Below, piece after piece: positions 1 through 9,239 of a stretch of DNA of 64,000 nucleotides. The stretch covers positions 1,139,819 through 1,203,818 of the forward strand of contig JBJMOW010000004.1 of NCBI GenBank assembly GCA_045803545.1, written 5' to 3'. The translations under genes and the position numbers were made by a program. Source of the stretch: Gemmatimonadaceae bacterium (lineage in GTDB: Bacteria > Gemmatimonadota > Gemmatimonadetes > Gemmatimonadales > Gemmatimonadaceae). Position 1 is the first letter of the stretch, and each line of letters starts with the position of its first letter. Below the pieces are notes generated by a model. That model searched no databases. It worked only from the letters and a program-made list of their open reading frames with translations, and had not been told where the DNA came from.

Positions 1-51
1 AACTTACGCAGCGCCGACGCGACGCCTGAGCTTCTCATCGTTGCAAACTGA
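1..51 (+). CDS. possible 3' end of an upstream gene (partial; NLRSADATPELLIVAN*)
   Basis: Open frame from base 1 to TGA at 49-51, followed by a small hairpin (gacac...gtgtc) and a convergent gene. Too short to identify. Confidence 0.35.
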   Translation, partial: NLRSADATPELLIVAN

Positions 52-94
52 CACACGCCTTCGGGACACTTGTGTCTAGATGACACGCAGCCGA

Positions 95-865
95 TCAGCT
101 GGCGACTTTGCGGGCGAGGAAAGTTTTGGACGAGGCCGAATCGTCCTCGACGGAAATCGACCAGCCCTTGTACTGCTTCTTCAGCTCGGTCACCGAAAGG
201 CCCTTTCCGCGCACGATCGTACCGACGAGATGAACTCCGCCATCGCGGGTTGCGCCCTGCAGTAGCTCGAACGCGCGGCTTCGCTCGTTGACGGAAAGTC
301 CGTTGAATGCGTCGGGCGTACATACGACCGCGCCAAGCTGTACGTCGGGCGACCAATCGGTAATGCCGGCGACGTAGCTCTGGATCCGATCGGCGAGGCC
401 TGCCTCCTGTGCGACATTCATTACACGCTCGAGCGGAGCCACTTCACGATCGACCGCCGTCACCTCGCAGCCGTGCGCCGCCAGGTAAAGCGCTGTCCGA
501 TCCATGTCGCCACCGGCAACGAGAACTTTCGATTCAGCCGGTGGGTGCACCTCGCGCGCGAGAACGCCGTCCGGTCGAATGCCCCAATGCTCAGGCCGTC
601 GATACTCTTCGAGCATCTTGAGGCGCTTCCTCCGCCAGGTCGCATAGGAAGGGATGCGCAGCCGCTTGCGGATTATCCGATCTACTTCCGCCCAGAGGAG
701 CAGCTCGTCCATCAGCAACTGCTCGCTGGCTCTAAGGGATGCGGCTGCTTCATCGCCAATCTTGAGAAGGGCGGAGCGGGAAACCGAGTCCTTGTAGTTC
801 TCGATCTCGTCCTCTACAAACAGCTCGTATTCGTGTTTGAGAGAGCGAGGATTTTGTTGCGGCAT
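95..865 (-). CDS. class I SAM-dependent methyltransferase-like protein (TehB/TPMT-like fold) with uncharacterised N-terminal helical domain
   Basis: VLVAGGDMDRTALYLAAHGCEVTAVD resembles the motif I/II region; a later GATRDGGVHLV segment also fits the fold. Confidence 0.7.
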   Translation of the reverse strand: MPQQNPRSLKHEYELFVEDEIENYKDSVSRSALLKIGDEAAASLRASEQLLMDELLLWAEVDRIIRKRLRIPSYATWRRKRLKMLEEYRRPEHWGIRPDGVLAREVHPPAESKVLVAGGDMDRTALYLAAHGCEVTAVDREVAPLERVMNVAQEAGLADRIQSYVAGITDWSPDVQLGAVVCTPDAFNGLSVNERSRAFELLQGATRDGGVHLVGTIVRGKGLSVTELKKQYKGWSISVEDDSASSKTFLARKVAS

Positions 866-1009
866 GGCGTTGGGCAGAAGGAACGTGCTCTAGCCAGGTG
901 TTTAAAGTAGCCGTCCTTGGTGATCGCGCAAGAGCAACTTTGTGCTAGCTCTACTGGGCAGATGTCCGCTAAGCTCAACAAACAACAACGGTTCCGCTTG
1001 CGACATCAT

Positions 1010-1591
1010 CTAAGGTGAGAGTGCAACCAGGCCCGATCTGAGTGCGTATCGCACCAAACTCACGACGTCGTGCATCCCAAGCCGCTTCATCAATTCGCCT
1101 CGGTGGCTCTCCACTGTCTTGATGCTGAGGCTAAGCTTGTCGGCGATTTCGCGGGTGCGATGGCCCTCCGCTACCAGTCGAAGCACCTCGACTTGCCGAG
1201 CAGTGAGTTTGCCGAGAGGTTGGCGTCGCTCGATTGCAGTGGAAATGGCCGCCGGAAGCCGCTGCAAGTTCTTCTTGATCACGATGTCTTCAGCACCGTT
1301 GCGCAAACACGCGACGGCAGAAACACCGTTGATCGACTCGGTCACCACGATCAGCGGAGTGGCGGGACTTTGATACCGCAGTATGTCGAGCGCGTCGCCG
1401 GCTCCGAATGACGAGCCGTTGTAGTCGGACAACACCGCGTCCGGCTGCAGTTCTTCCAGCAGTATCTTGAAAGCTTCAGGTGAGGCTGCACTCCGCTTTT
1501 CGACTGTTACACCAGCTGCCGACAGCTGCTGCTCGATCAGATCGACATCGGCCTTATTGTCGTTCAGGACGAGAACACGTGAAGGATTCAT
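1010..1591 (-). CDS. NarL/LuxR-family response regulator
   Basis: N-terminal receiver (PDAVLSD, GAEDIVIK) and C-terminal LTARQVEVLRLVAEG...IADKLSLSIKTVESHR HTH. Confidence 0.92.
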   Translation of the reverse strand: MNPSRVLVLNDNKADVDLIEQQLSAAGVTVEKRSAASPEAFKILLEELQPDAVLSDYNGSSFGAGDALDILRYQSPATPLIVVTESINGVSAVACLRNGAEDIVIKKNLQRLPAAISTAIERRQPLGKLTARQVEVLRLVAEGHRTREIADKLSLSIKTVESHRGELMKRLGMHDVVSLVRYALRSGLVALSP

Positions 1592-1774
1592 TGATGGTGG
1601 TTAGAGTTCGAGGGCGCCAGATCGGGCGGCGCGGGCTGTGCGAGGCAGCGAGACTTCGAGCTTCAATCTGGCTTTCGGTGGGTTCACCGGGCTCATTCGC
1701 AAAGTAAGTCAGGGTATTTCCCGCTGCAATCGCCGGTCCATCCATAGATTCCGTCCGTATGAATCGCACGCGCG

Positions 1775-2560
1775 ATGCCTGAGCTACCCGAAGTCGAGAA
1801 AGCGGCACGTGCGTTGGCCAAAGCTGCGGTCGGTAAGACCATCGCTGCCGTGCGGCCGATCCACCCATCCCTGAAAAGAAGATTTACGTCAGCCAGCGCT
1901 CTCCGCGCTAAAGGAAAGCGCGTCGAGAGCATCGAGCGGCGCGGGAAACATCAGCTGCTCAATCTCGATAGCGGCGACACGATCGTGATCCATTTCCGGA
2001 TGAACGGCGATTGGGAGATTGGAACTGTTGATGATTCGCTCGATCGCTTCGCCCGCGCCGTTATCGAGCTGACTGACGGGACGCGGATCTCGCTTGTCGA
2101 TCGTCGCGCACTTTCCACCATCACTCTCGACCGCGAAGGCATCTCATCGTTGCCAAAGCTGGGGCGCGAAGCGAGCGATCCATCGCTTGACGGAGTGTAT
2201 CTCTCCGGCGCCCTCCAGCGACGCAAGATTGCAATCAAGCCGGCGCTGATGGACCAGGCGGTGCTGGCCGGACTCGGCAACATCTACGCAGCCGAAGCGC
2301 TCTGGGAAGCGCAAATCGATCCCCGGTCGGGCGCGGCGTCGATGTCAGGCGATACGCTCACCAAACTCGTCGACGCGATCAGGCTCGTCCTCAGCCCACG
2401 CCGTCGCCGCCCCGGCCGTTACACCGAATCGCGCGGTCGCAGTCGCTTCGCCGTCTACGATCGGGAAGGTCAGGAATGTCGTCGTTGCGGAGGCATCGTT
2501 CAAAGGATCGTGCAGGCAGGGAGGTCCACCTACTTCTGCCCGGACTGTCAAACCGGCTAA
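1775..2560 (+). CDS. mutM: formamidopyrimidine-DNA glycosylase / AP lyase
   Basis: N-terminal MPELPEVE, RRGK, HFRMNG, GLGNIYAAEAL and C-terminal zinc finger CRRC...RSTYFCPDCQ. Confidence 0.97.
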   Translation: MPELPEVEKAARALAKAAVGKTIAAVRPIHPSLKRRFTSASALRAKGKRVESIERRGKHQLLNLDSGDTIVIHFRMNGDWEIGTVDDSLDRFARAVIELTDGTRISLVDRRALSTITLDREGISSLPKLGREASDPSLDGVYLSGALQRRKIAIKPALMDQAVLAGLGNIYAAEALWEAQIDPRSGAASMSGDTLTKLVDAIRLVLSPRRRRPGRYTESRGRSRFAVYDREGQECRRCGGIVQRIVQAGRSTYFCPDCQTG

Positions 2561-3720
2561 TCCATGACCTCTAGCAGCGCCCCCTTGATGTAACCGGTCT
2601 CCGGAATCGTCAGGATTTCCGGATGATCGAGGGGCTGACCCGTTAGCGCACGAATCGCTACACGGCGGCCGCTGTCAGTGGCGGCATCCTGGAGCATCTC
2701 CAGAAACAGTGGCTTCGTTAGATGAAAACTGCAGCTGGCCGTGTATAGCAGTCCGCCGGGACCGAGCAGCTTGATCGCGCGCATGTTCACGTCCTTGTAA
2801 CCGCGTAGCGCTCCTGTGAGCGCACCTTTCGTCTTCGCGAACGCGGGCGGATCGAGCACAATGGTGTCAAAGGTCACACCCTGCCGCTCCTTCTCGCGCA
2901 GAAAGTCGAACGCATTTGCTTCTACGAAGGAAATGTTGGTGAGCGAATTGCGCGCGGCGTTCTCCGAGGCTCTCATCAGCGCCGGAGCCGACGAATCGAG
3001 CGCAGTGACGTGCGTTGCCTTGCGCGCGAGGTGCAGCGCGAATGATCCGTGGTAACTGAAACAGTCCAGCGCGCGACCACGCGCAACCGTTCCCACAAAA
3101 TGGCGGTTCTCCCGCTGATCCAGAAACGCGCCCGTCTTCTGTCCCGTAAACGGCGCGGCGAGAAACTTTATACCGTACTCGTGAACCTCGATCTCGCGCG
3201 GGACTTCCCCGTCGAGCACGACGGTCTCGCGAGGCAGCCCTTCTTTTGCGCGCAGCGCAACGTCGTTGCGCGCGAGAATCCCCGCCGGCTCGGCGAGCGA
3301 GCGCAATGAGTTGAGGATCTCATCCCGAAATCGCTCCAGTCCCGCGCTCATGAATTGCACCACCAGCCACTGGTCGTAGCGATCGCAAATGAGCGAGGGC
3401 ACTCCATCGGCTTCTCCGTGGACCAGTCGCATCGCGTTGGTATGATCCTCGAGGGGGACGCGACGCGCGATCGCCGCGGCGATTTGCTCGTCCCACCATG
3501 CCTGGTCGATCACGGCGTCGGGATTGTGGTCCAGCATCCTCAGCGAGATCTCCGACAGCGGGCTCCATAGCGCCCAGCCAAGGGGCTTGCCGCGGTTGTC
3601 GTGAACGAGCACCGCCCCGGCATCCACCAGTGGGCGCTCTGTCACATCGCTGCGATAGATCCAGGGATGGCCGGCCTGCCACCGCCGCGCCCCCTTGGCG
3701 CTCACTCGCGCAACAGTCAT
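2557..3720 (-). CDS. rlmI: RlmI/RlmK-family class I SAM-dependent rRNA methyltransferase
   Basis: PUA-like GHPWIY, HGEADG, GQKTGAFLDQRENR, LDCFSYHGSF, LDPPAF, SCS and PETGYIK motifs. Confidence 0.9.
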   Translation of the reverse strand: MTVARVSAKGARRWQAGHPWIYRSDVTERPLVDAGAVLVHDNRGKPLGWALWSPLSEISLRMLDHNPDAVIDQAWWDEQIAAAIARRVPLEDHTNAMRLVHGEADGVPSLICDRYDQWLVVQFMSAGLERFRDEILNSLRSLAEPAGILARNDVALRAKEGLPRETVVLDGEVPREIEVHEYGIKFLAAPFTGQKTGAFLDQRENRHFVGTVARGRALDCFSYHGSFALHLARKATHVTALDSSAPALMRASENAARNSLTNISFVEANAFDFLREKERQGVTFDTIVLDPPAFAKTKGALTGALRGYKDVNMRAIKLLGPGGLLYTASCSFHLTKPLFLEMLQDAATDSGRRVAIRALTGQPLDHPEILTIPETGYIKGALLEVMD

Positions 3721-3786
3721 GTGTCAATTTATCAAACGAGGTGCGCGTCGTTTTGTGGCCGTACACTTCTTGCGAAAGGTCTACCC

Positions 3787-4578
3787 ATGCGCGAGATCGT
3801 ACCGCTTTCAGTAACCGTCGCCGCCGGCGGACTTCTCTACCGCGAGCACACCGCGCGAACCAAAGCCGAGCGACTCGCCGCGGCGACGATGGAGACGCTG
3901 CTGAATGCAATCGATGCCAACGACGAAGAGACGGGCAAGCACGTGCGCCGAGTCGCGTCTTACGCGTTGATTCTGGCCGATGCCGCCGGGCTCGACGGGC
4001 ACACGTTGCGCACCATTGAGCGCGTCGCATTGTTTCACGACATCGGGAAGCTCCACGGAGCTCTGACGGACATCTTCCACGAGGCAGCCAAGCTCACGCC
4101 GGAGGAGCGGCGAGCGGTGAAAACCCATCCGCAGCGCGGCGCAGAAGTTCTCGATCCTCTTAGCGCGTTTTATCCCGATCTGGGGGCCGGCGTCGCCGCG
4201 CACCATGAACGTTGGGACGGGAAAGGCTATCCGCGCTGTCTCAAGGGAAAGCGGATTCCGCTACAGGCACGCATCGTTACGATTGCAGACAGCTTCGACG
4301 CGATCACACATCGTCGGCGCTATAGCGCTGCGAGAAGCCTCGGTGAGGCAATAAAGGCGATTCGCGAAGGACGCGGAACGCAGTTCGAGCCCGCTCTCGT
4401 CGATCTGTTTCTGAGCAAGCCGGTAATTGCCAGGATCGAGAAGGCAATGCGTCGGGCTCACGCTCCACGACGCGTAGCTGAGAAGCGCCGTCATGGGGAA
4501 AGGGAATCAGTTCCCGATGTTACGTTTCGATGGCGGACGCGATCTCGCGGGTCGCCTGCACCGGATCCTCAGCGCTGA
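3787..4578 (+). CDS. HD-GYP domain phosphodiesterase with N-terminal hydrophobic segment
   Basis: TGKHVRRV, FHDIGK, HHERWDGKGYP, ADSFDAIT and GTQFEP. ATG at 3787 chosen because the longer ORF overlaps the divergent rlmI. Confidence 0.9.
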   Translation: MREIVPLSVTVAAGGLLYREHTARTKAERLAAATMETLLNAIDANDEETGKHVRRVASYALILADAAGLDGHTLRTIERVALFHDIGKLHGALTDIFHEAAKLTPEERRAVKTHPQRGAEVLDPLSAFYPDLGAGVAAHHERWDGKGYPRCLKGKRIPLQARIVTIADSFDAITHRRRYSAARSLGEAIKAIREGRGTQFEPALVDLFLSKPVIARIEKAMRRAHAPRRVAEKRRHGERESVPDVTFRWRTRSRGSPAPDPQR

Positions 4579-5134
4579 ATATCGCGTTTATGACAGCTAC
4601 GCCCGTAGCTCCGTGCATCACGATCTGCATCGCGCGGTCCGCGGTGATGCCACCGACGGCAACTGCCGGGTGATCGACCAGTCCCTTAAGCCGCTCGAAC
4701 CCGCTCACTCCAATTGCAGTCCCGGCATCGCCTTTCGAGTCTGAGCCGAATACGGGCCCGATGCCCACGTAGTCCGCGTTCTTCGCGTTCGGTATCTCCG
4801 CATCGCTCCCGAGCGACGCGCCGATGATGAAGCCGGCTGGAGCGAACCTTCGAATTGCCTCCACCGGCAGGTCCGCTTCGCCGACGTGTACTCCAGCAGC
4901 GCCTGCGGCGAGCGCAATGTCCGCCCGATCGTTGACGATCACCGGCACGTTCACTTTCAGGATGATCTTCCGCGTGATCTCGACGACTTCTCGCGGCGAA
5001 GCGGCTTTGAGTCGCACCTGTACGCTCGTCGCTCCGCCTTGCACAGCGGCAGCCACACGATCGACCAGCGTCGCGCGGCGATCCTCGGCGTCGTCGGTGA
5101 TTGCGACGAGACGCAGGATGCGCGGATCAAGCAT
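4520..5134 (-). CDS. thiE: thiamine-phosphate synthase
   Basis: VQVRLK, VIVNDRADIA, GVHVGEAD, DYVGIGPVFGSDSK and VAVGGI motifs. Confidence 0.95.
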   Translation of the reverse strand: MLDPRILRLVAITDDAEDRRATLVDRVAAAVQGGATSVQVRLKAASPREVVEITRKIILKVNVPVIVNDRADIALAAGAAGVHVGEADLPVEAIRRFAPAGFIIGASLGSDAEIPNAKNADYVGIGPVFGSDSKGDAGTAIGVSGFERLKGLVDHPAVAVGGITADRAMQIVMHGATGVAVINAIFSAEDPVQATREIASAIET

Positions 5135-5139
5135 TTCGA

Positions 5140-6351
5140 TTATCGACTGGAAGTAGTTCCGCTAACGGTTTTCTTGGTCGATGTGCCAGTCGACTTCCTG
5201 ATCGTCGATTTCGCAGGAGTCTTGGTCGACTTGGACGTTGTGACGGTTCGCTTCGCAGCGCTTGCTGTTTTGGTCGACTTGGTTGGCGCAGTCGTCCTGC
5301 CCGCCGTTCGCAACGTTGTCTTCGTCGACGTTGCGCGCGTGGCCGGCGCCCTCGGCGCTGGATCCGCCATCGCCAGCATTCGCGGCGGTATCCGCCTCGG
5401 CATTGCTGCGCGAACCTGGCGCACAGCGTTGGCGTGCTGCTCGAGCGTCATGCGGAACTCGTGGTGCCCATCCGTGCTCGCGACGAAATACAGATACTGA
5501 ACGTTCGCCGGGCTGGCGGCCGCGGCGAGACTCGCAACTCCGGGCGATGCGATCGGTCCGGGAGGCAAGCCCTTGTTCACGTAGGTGTTGTACGGGGATT
5601 TGATAGCGAGATCCTTGTAGAGTACGCGGCCGACGTGATGGCCCAGCGCGTACTGCACGGTTGGATCAGCTTGCAGCAACATTCCCTTTCGCAGTCGGTT
5701 GTAATAGACGGCGGCAATCACCGGCCGTTCCTCGGGCAACCGCGCTTCCTTCTCCACGATCGACGCCATAGTTACGAGGTCGTTGCGATTGATCTTCATC
5801 GCCAGTGCAGCTGAATCCCACGATGGCTTCCAACGCCGCTCAAACGAATAGACCATCTCACGAACGGCCTGTCGAGCGGTGGTGCCGAGCGGGAACGCAT
5901 AGGTATCGGGGAACAGGTAACCCTCAAGCGTCGGATTCGGCACATCGAGTCGTGCGAGCAGCGCAGTGTCACGAACCGCTGCTGCTACCGAATCCGCTGG
6001 AACCTTGAGTGTCCTGGCCAATGCTGGCGTGATCTGAGCTATCGACCAGCCCTCGGGAATGGTGACGGTGTTGACCAGGCCATGCCCGCCGTTCAGTGCG
6101 TCGACGATGGAATTCCACGGCGTACCGTGTTTAAGCAGGTACGTACCAGGTTTGATGTTCCTGTCGCCGCCGACGACACGCCCATAGAGCGTGAACAACT
6201 TCGCCGAGCCAATGACACCGTCGTGCGATAGCGATTCCGCAGCCTGACCGAAGCTGGCCCCGCGGGGGATGATTACGCGGACCGGTGCGCCGTGGGGCTC
6301 GCCTGCACACGCAGCGATAAATACGCACGCCGCAACGAGTGCGGTGCGCAT
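5140..6351 (-). CDS. mltG: endolytic transglycosylase MltG with basic low-complexity C-terminal tail
   Basis: VTIPEG, LEGYLFPDTY, ASIVEKEA, LQADPTV, SPYNTY and GLPPGPI. Alternative start at 6366. Confidence 0.95.
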   Translation of the reverse strand: MRTALVAACVFIAACAGEPHGAPVRVIIPRGASFGQAAESLSHDGVIGSAKLFTLYGRVVGGDRNIKPGTYLLKHGTPWNSIVDALNGGHGLVNTVTIPEGWSIAQITPALARTLKVPADSVAAAVRDTALLARLDVPNPTLEGYLFPDTYAFPLGTTARQAVREMVYSFERRWKPSWDSAALAMKINRNDLVTMASIVEKEARLPEERPVIAAVYYNRLRKGMLLQADPTVQYALGHHVGRVLYKDLAIKSPYNTYVNKGLPPGPIASPGVASLAAAASPANVQYLYFVASTDGHHEFRMTLEQHANAVRQVRAAMPRRIPPRMLAMADPAPRAPATRATSTKTTLRTAGRTTAPTKSTKTASAAKRTVTTSKSTKTPAKSTIRKSTGTSTKKTVSGTTSSR

Positions 6352-6352
6352 A

Positions 6353-6781
6353 TCACGTCGACGCATTGAGTGCGTGTTGTAGCAGAATCGCCGCTGCAAG
6401 GGCATCTACATCACCTTTCCTGCCGCGCGTGGATTGCTCCATTTCTTTGATCGTGCGTAGCGCGGCTGCCGTGGTAAACCGTTCATCATAGAAACGAACT
6501 GGCATGCCCGTACGTTTCGCGATTTCAGCGCCAATTTGGCGTACTTCTGCCGTCCAATCGGTCTCGTTGCCCTCTCCGTCGAGCGGAAGCCCGAATAAAT
6601 AGCCCTGAGCCTCGAGCTCGGTAGCGCGCGCGATGATTTTTGTGATCGGGGGTCGTTTGCCTTCACGACGCTCGATGAAGCCCGCCGGCGAGGCAATTAT
6701 GCCGAGCGGATCGCTGATCGCGAGGCCGATCCTTTTGCGACCGTAATCGATGGCGAGAGTCCGACCAAGCGCTTCGTTCAC
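6353..6781 (-). CDS. ruvX: YqgF/RuvX family RNase H-fold nuclease (pre-16S rRNA maturation)
   Basis: LAIDYGRKRIGLAISD, GLP, DERFTT and VDALAAAILLQ; usual adjacency to mltG. Confidence 0.95.
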   Translation of the reverse strand: MNEALGRTLAIDYGRKRIGLAISDPLGIIASPAGFIERREGKRPPITKIIARATELEAQGYLFGLPLDGEGNETDWTAEVRQIGAEIAKRTGMPVRFYDERFTTAAALRTIKEMEQSTRGRKGDVDALAAAILLQHALNAST

Positions 6782-6788
6782 GCTGTCG

Positions 6789-8042
6789 CTAACCCTGAGC
6801 CATCTGCGTGAAGAATTCCTTGTTGTTCTTCGACTTCGCCATCTGTCGCAATAGGAATTCGATCGCCTCCGCCTCGGGCCTGTCGGCCAGGAATTGCCGC
6901 AGCAGAATTACTCGATTCATCTCGGGCTGGGTGAGAAGCAGTTCTTCTTTACGTGTACCGGAGCGGAAGATGTCTATCGCCGGATAAATGCGACGATCAG
7001 CAATCTTGCGATCAAGCACCAGTTCCATGTTGCCGGTGCCCTTGAACTCCTCGAAGATCACGTCGTCCATTCGCGAGCCCGTCTCGGTCAGGGCGGTCGC
7101 GATGATGGTGAGCGAGCCGCCGCCGTCGATATTGCGTGCCGACCCGAAGAATCGCTTCGGCTTGTGCAAAGCAGTGGCATCGACGCCGCCAGACAGAATC
7201 TTGCCCGACTGTGGCGCGACGGTGTTGTGCGCGCGAGCGAACCGTGTCAGCGAATCGAGCAAGATCACGACGTCCTTGCCGCTTTCGACAAGGCGTTTCG
7301 CCTTCTCGAGTACCATGTCCGCGACCTGGACATGTCGCGGCGCGCCTTCGTCGAATGTCGAGCTGATGACCTCAGCGCGAATCGTGCTGGCAATCATCTC
7401 TGTCACTTCTTCCGGCCGTTCGTCGATCAGCAGCACGATGATCGTGACTTCGGGATGATTTTCGGCGATCGCGTTGGCGATTTTGTGCAGCAGAATCGTC
7501 TTGCCCGCGCGTGGCGGCGACACGATCAAGCCGCGCTGGCCCTTGCCGATCGGCGACATGATATCGAAGACCCGCATGCTGAGATCCCCGTCCTTTGTCT
7601 CGAGCCGCAGGCGCTCATCGGGGTATTGCGGGCGCAGATTGTCGAAAGGTATCCTGTCTTTGGCTTTCTCCGGATCCTCGGCGTTGACACTCTCGACCTT
7701 GAGCAGCGCGAGGTACCGCTCCCACGGTTTCGGCGGTCTGACCTGTCCGCGCACCTCGTCACCCGTTCTCAAACCGAAACGCTTGATCTGCGACGGTGAC
7801 ACGTAAATGTCGTCCGGACCGGGCAGGTAGCTCCAGTCCTGACTGCGAAGGAAGCCGTATCCCTCGGGCAAAATCTCCAGCACGCCATCACCGTGCAGCA
7901 TGATGTCGGTGTCGAGGAGATTCTGTTCGATCTGGAAAATCAGATCCTGTTTTCGGAGACCGGCCGAGCCGTCGATCTTGAGACCGTCGGCCATCTCCTG
8001 AAGCTCAGAGACTGATTTCCGCTTTAGCTCGGCGATGTCCAC
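6789..8042 (-). CDS. rho: transcription termination factor Rho
   Basis: [50 protein letters not shown] and [12 protein letters not shown] start at 8042 (VDIAELK). Confidence 0.98.
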   Translation of the reverse strand: MDIAELKRKSVSELQEMADGLKIDGSAGLRKQDLIFQIEQNLLDTDIMLHGDGVLEILPEGYGFLRSQDWSYLPGPDDIYVSPSQIKRFGLRTGDEVRGQVRPPKPWERYLALLKVESVNAEDPEKAKDRIPFDNLRPQYPDERLRLETKDGDLSMRVFDIMSPIGKGQRGLIVSPPRAGKTILLHKIANAIAENHPEVTIIVLLIDERPEEVTEMIASTIRAEVISSTFDEGAPRHVQVADMVLEKAKRLVESGKDVVILLDSLTRFARAHNTVAPQSGKILSGGVDATALHKPKRFFGSARNIDGGGSLTIIATALTETGSRMDDVIFEEFKGTGNMELVLDRKIADRRIYPAIDIFRSGTRKEELLLTQPEMNRVILLRQFLADRPEAEAIEFLLRQMAKSKNNKEFFTQMAQG

Positions 8043-8187
8043 GAGGTGTGGATGGAAGGGGATACGCGACTGGCGGGAAGTGAAGCGGTTTGAACCGATG
8101 CCCAACTACGGGCGGCGGAAAAAAGGGAGGGGAAAAGCGGAACGGGAAGGTGCGGAGGGAAAGTGCGGCGGGTGTTGATTTCACCCG

Positions 8188-8216
8188 AAAGTAAACGCGG
8201 AAAAAAAAACGGTCAA
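8188..8216 (-). promoter_or_regulatory. sigma70-type promoter of rho
   Basis: TTGACC (8216-8211), 17-bp spacer, TACTTT (8193-8188) on the minus strand. Confidence 0.65.
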
Positions 8217-8218
8217 GC

Positions 8219-9166
8219 TCAGGGTCGAATGTAACGCATTGGATTGCTCTTGATGTCTTTCACCAACGCCGCCACCAGCTCGTGTTGTTCGGTCAATTTC
8301 CGCGCGAGCACGCTGTCCGAGTGAACGGCAGCGATGGTCCCTAACGGGCTCGTTGCAAGAGCTCGCAGGGTGTCGAGCTCGGCGAGGACGTGCGATGCCT
8401 TCGTCGCAAGCGTCGAGTCCTTCCGGAAACGACCAATGCTTCCACGATTGGATGAGACCAATCGTTTGAGTGAATCCGCTGAGGCCATCACGTGCGAGGC
8501 GCGACGCTGCAGATTGCCGCGCAACGCACTCGCGATTGCGCCGTTTCCGCGCGCTCGCGAGTTCAGGCTGGAGATACCGGCGGTGACGTCGGGCAAATCC
8601 GGCAACCCGCTCGCGCGAATGTTACCGATGGTTCCGACGGGTCGGTCCGTTTTCCTCGTGACTTCCTTGGCGGTCGTAATGAGCTTGCCGACGGTGGGAA
8701 TCAGTTTCGCCGCTCCGTTGGCAACGGCGCCAATCCCCGCAAGGGGCAACGCTCGCAACGTATCACCATCCTTTAGAGGCGGCGACCCGAGGGTGCCGGC
8801 GGAGATAAAAATGATCGGCGTGCCGATCAGAGTGCCGCCAGCACGGATTTGCGCATAGGAGTCGTGGCGCACGTGAGGCATCGCTTTCTGCAGAAACTCG
8901 GTCTTGATCAGCAGCCGCTCGAGCGTGTCAGTGCCCGGTGGACGAAATGATATGTCGGTTACCAGTCCGTCTTTTTCGCCTGCCAGCCAGACCTCGGTGC
9001 CCGCCAAAACGCCAGGTGCTTCGTCCGTCACGACGTAGAGGGTCACCTTCTTGCCATGCAGTCCGCCAACTCGCGCAAACGCAAAAACGGAGAAAACGAT
9101 CGCGGCGAGGACGACGACCGCGATGAGTCCCCCCTTGAGCTCCCGCCAGTGTATCTGGTGCGGCAT
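8219..9166 (-). CDS. mlaD: MlaD/MCE family protein
   Basis: Single N-terminal TM, MCE-like GVLAGTEVWLAG and helical C-terminus ending DIKSNPMRY. Confidence 0.8.
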   Translation of the reverse strand: MPHQIHWRELKGGLIAVVVLAAIVFSVFAFARVGGLHGKKVTLYVVTDEAPGVLAGTEVWLAGEKDGLVTDISFRPPGTDTLERLLIKTEFLQKAMPHVRHDSYAQIRAGGTLIGTPIIFISAGTLGSPPLKDGDTLRALPLAGIGAVANGAAKLIPTVGKLITTAKEVTRKTDRPVGTIGNIRASGLPDLPDVTAGISSLNSRARGNGAIASALRGNLQRRASHVMASADSLKRLVSSNRGSIGRFRKDSTLATKASHVLAELDTLRALATSPLGTIAAVHSDSVLARKLTEQHELVAALVKDIKSNPMRYIRP

Positions 9167-9239
9167 GGAGCGAATATAAACATGGTGTTTGGCTACTGCT
9201 TATTTTATTGGCGACCATGAGCGCCAATAACACGACCGA

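Noticed and set aside
4..60. Minus-strand peptide ...CNDEKLRRRVGAA* resembling a tmRNA tag
   Set aside because: No tRNA-like 5' end or in-frame GCA resume codon, and no room for a tmRNA after the methyltransferase stop. The plus-strand gene end is a simpler explanation.
1554..1868. Small minus-strand ORFs upstream of the LuxR regulator
   Set aside because: They overlap mutM or the regulator and show no recognisable motif or RBS; probably a promoter region.
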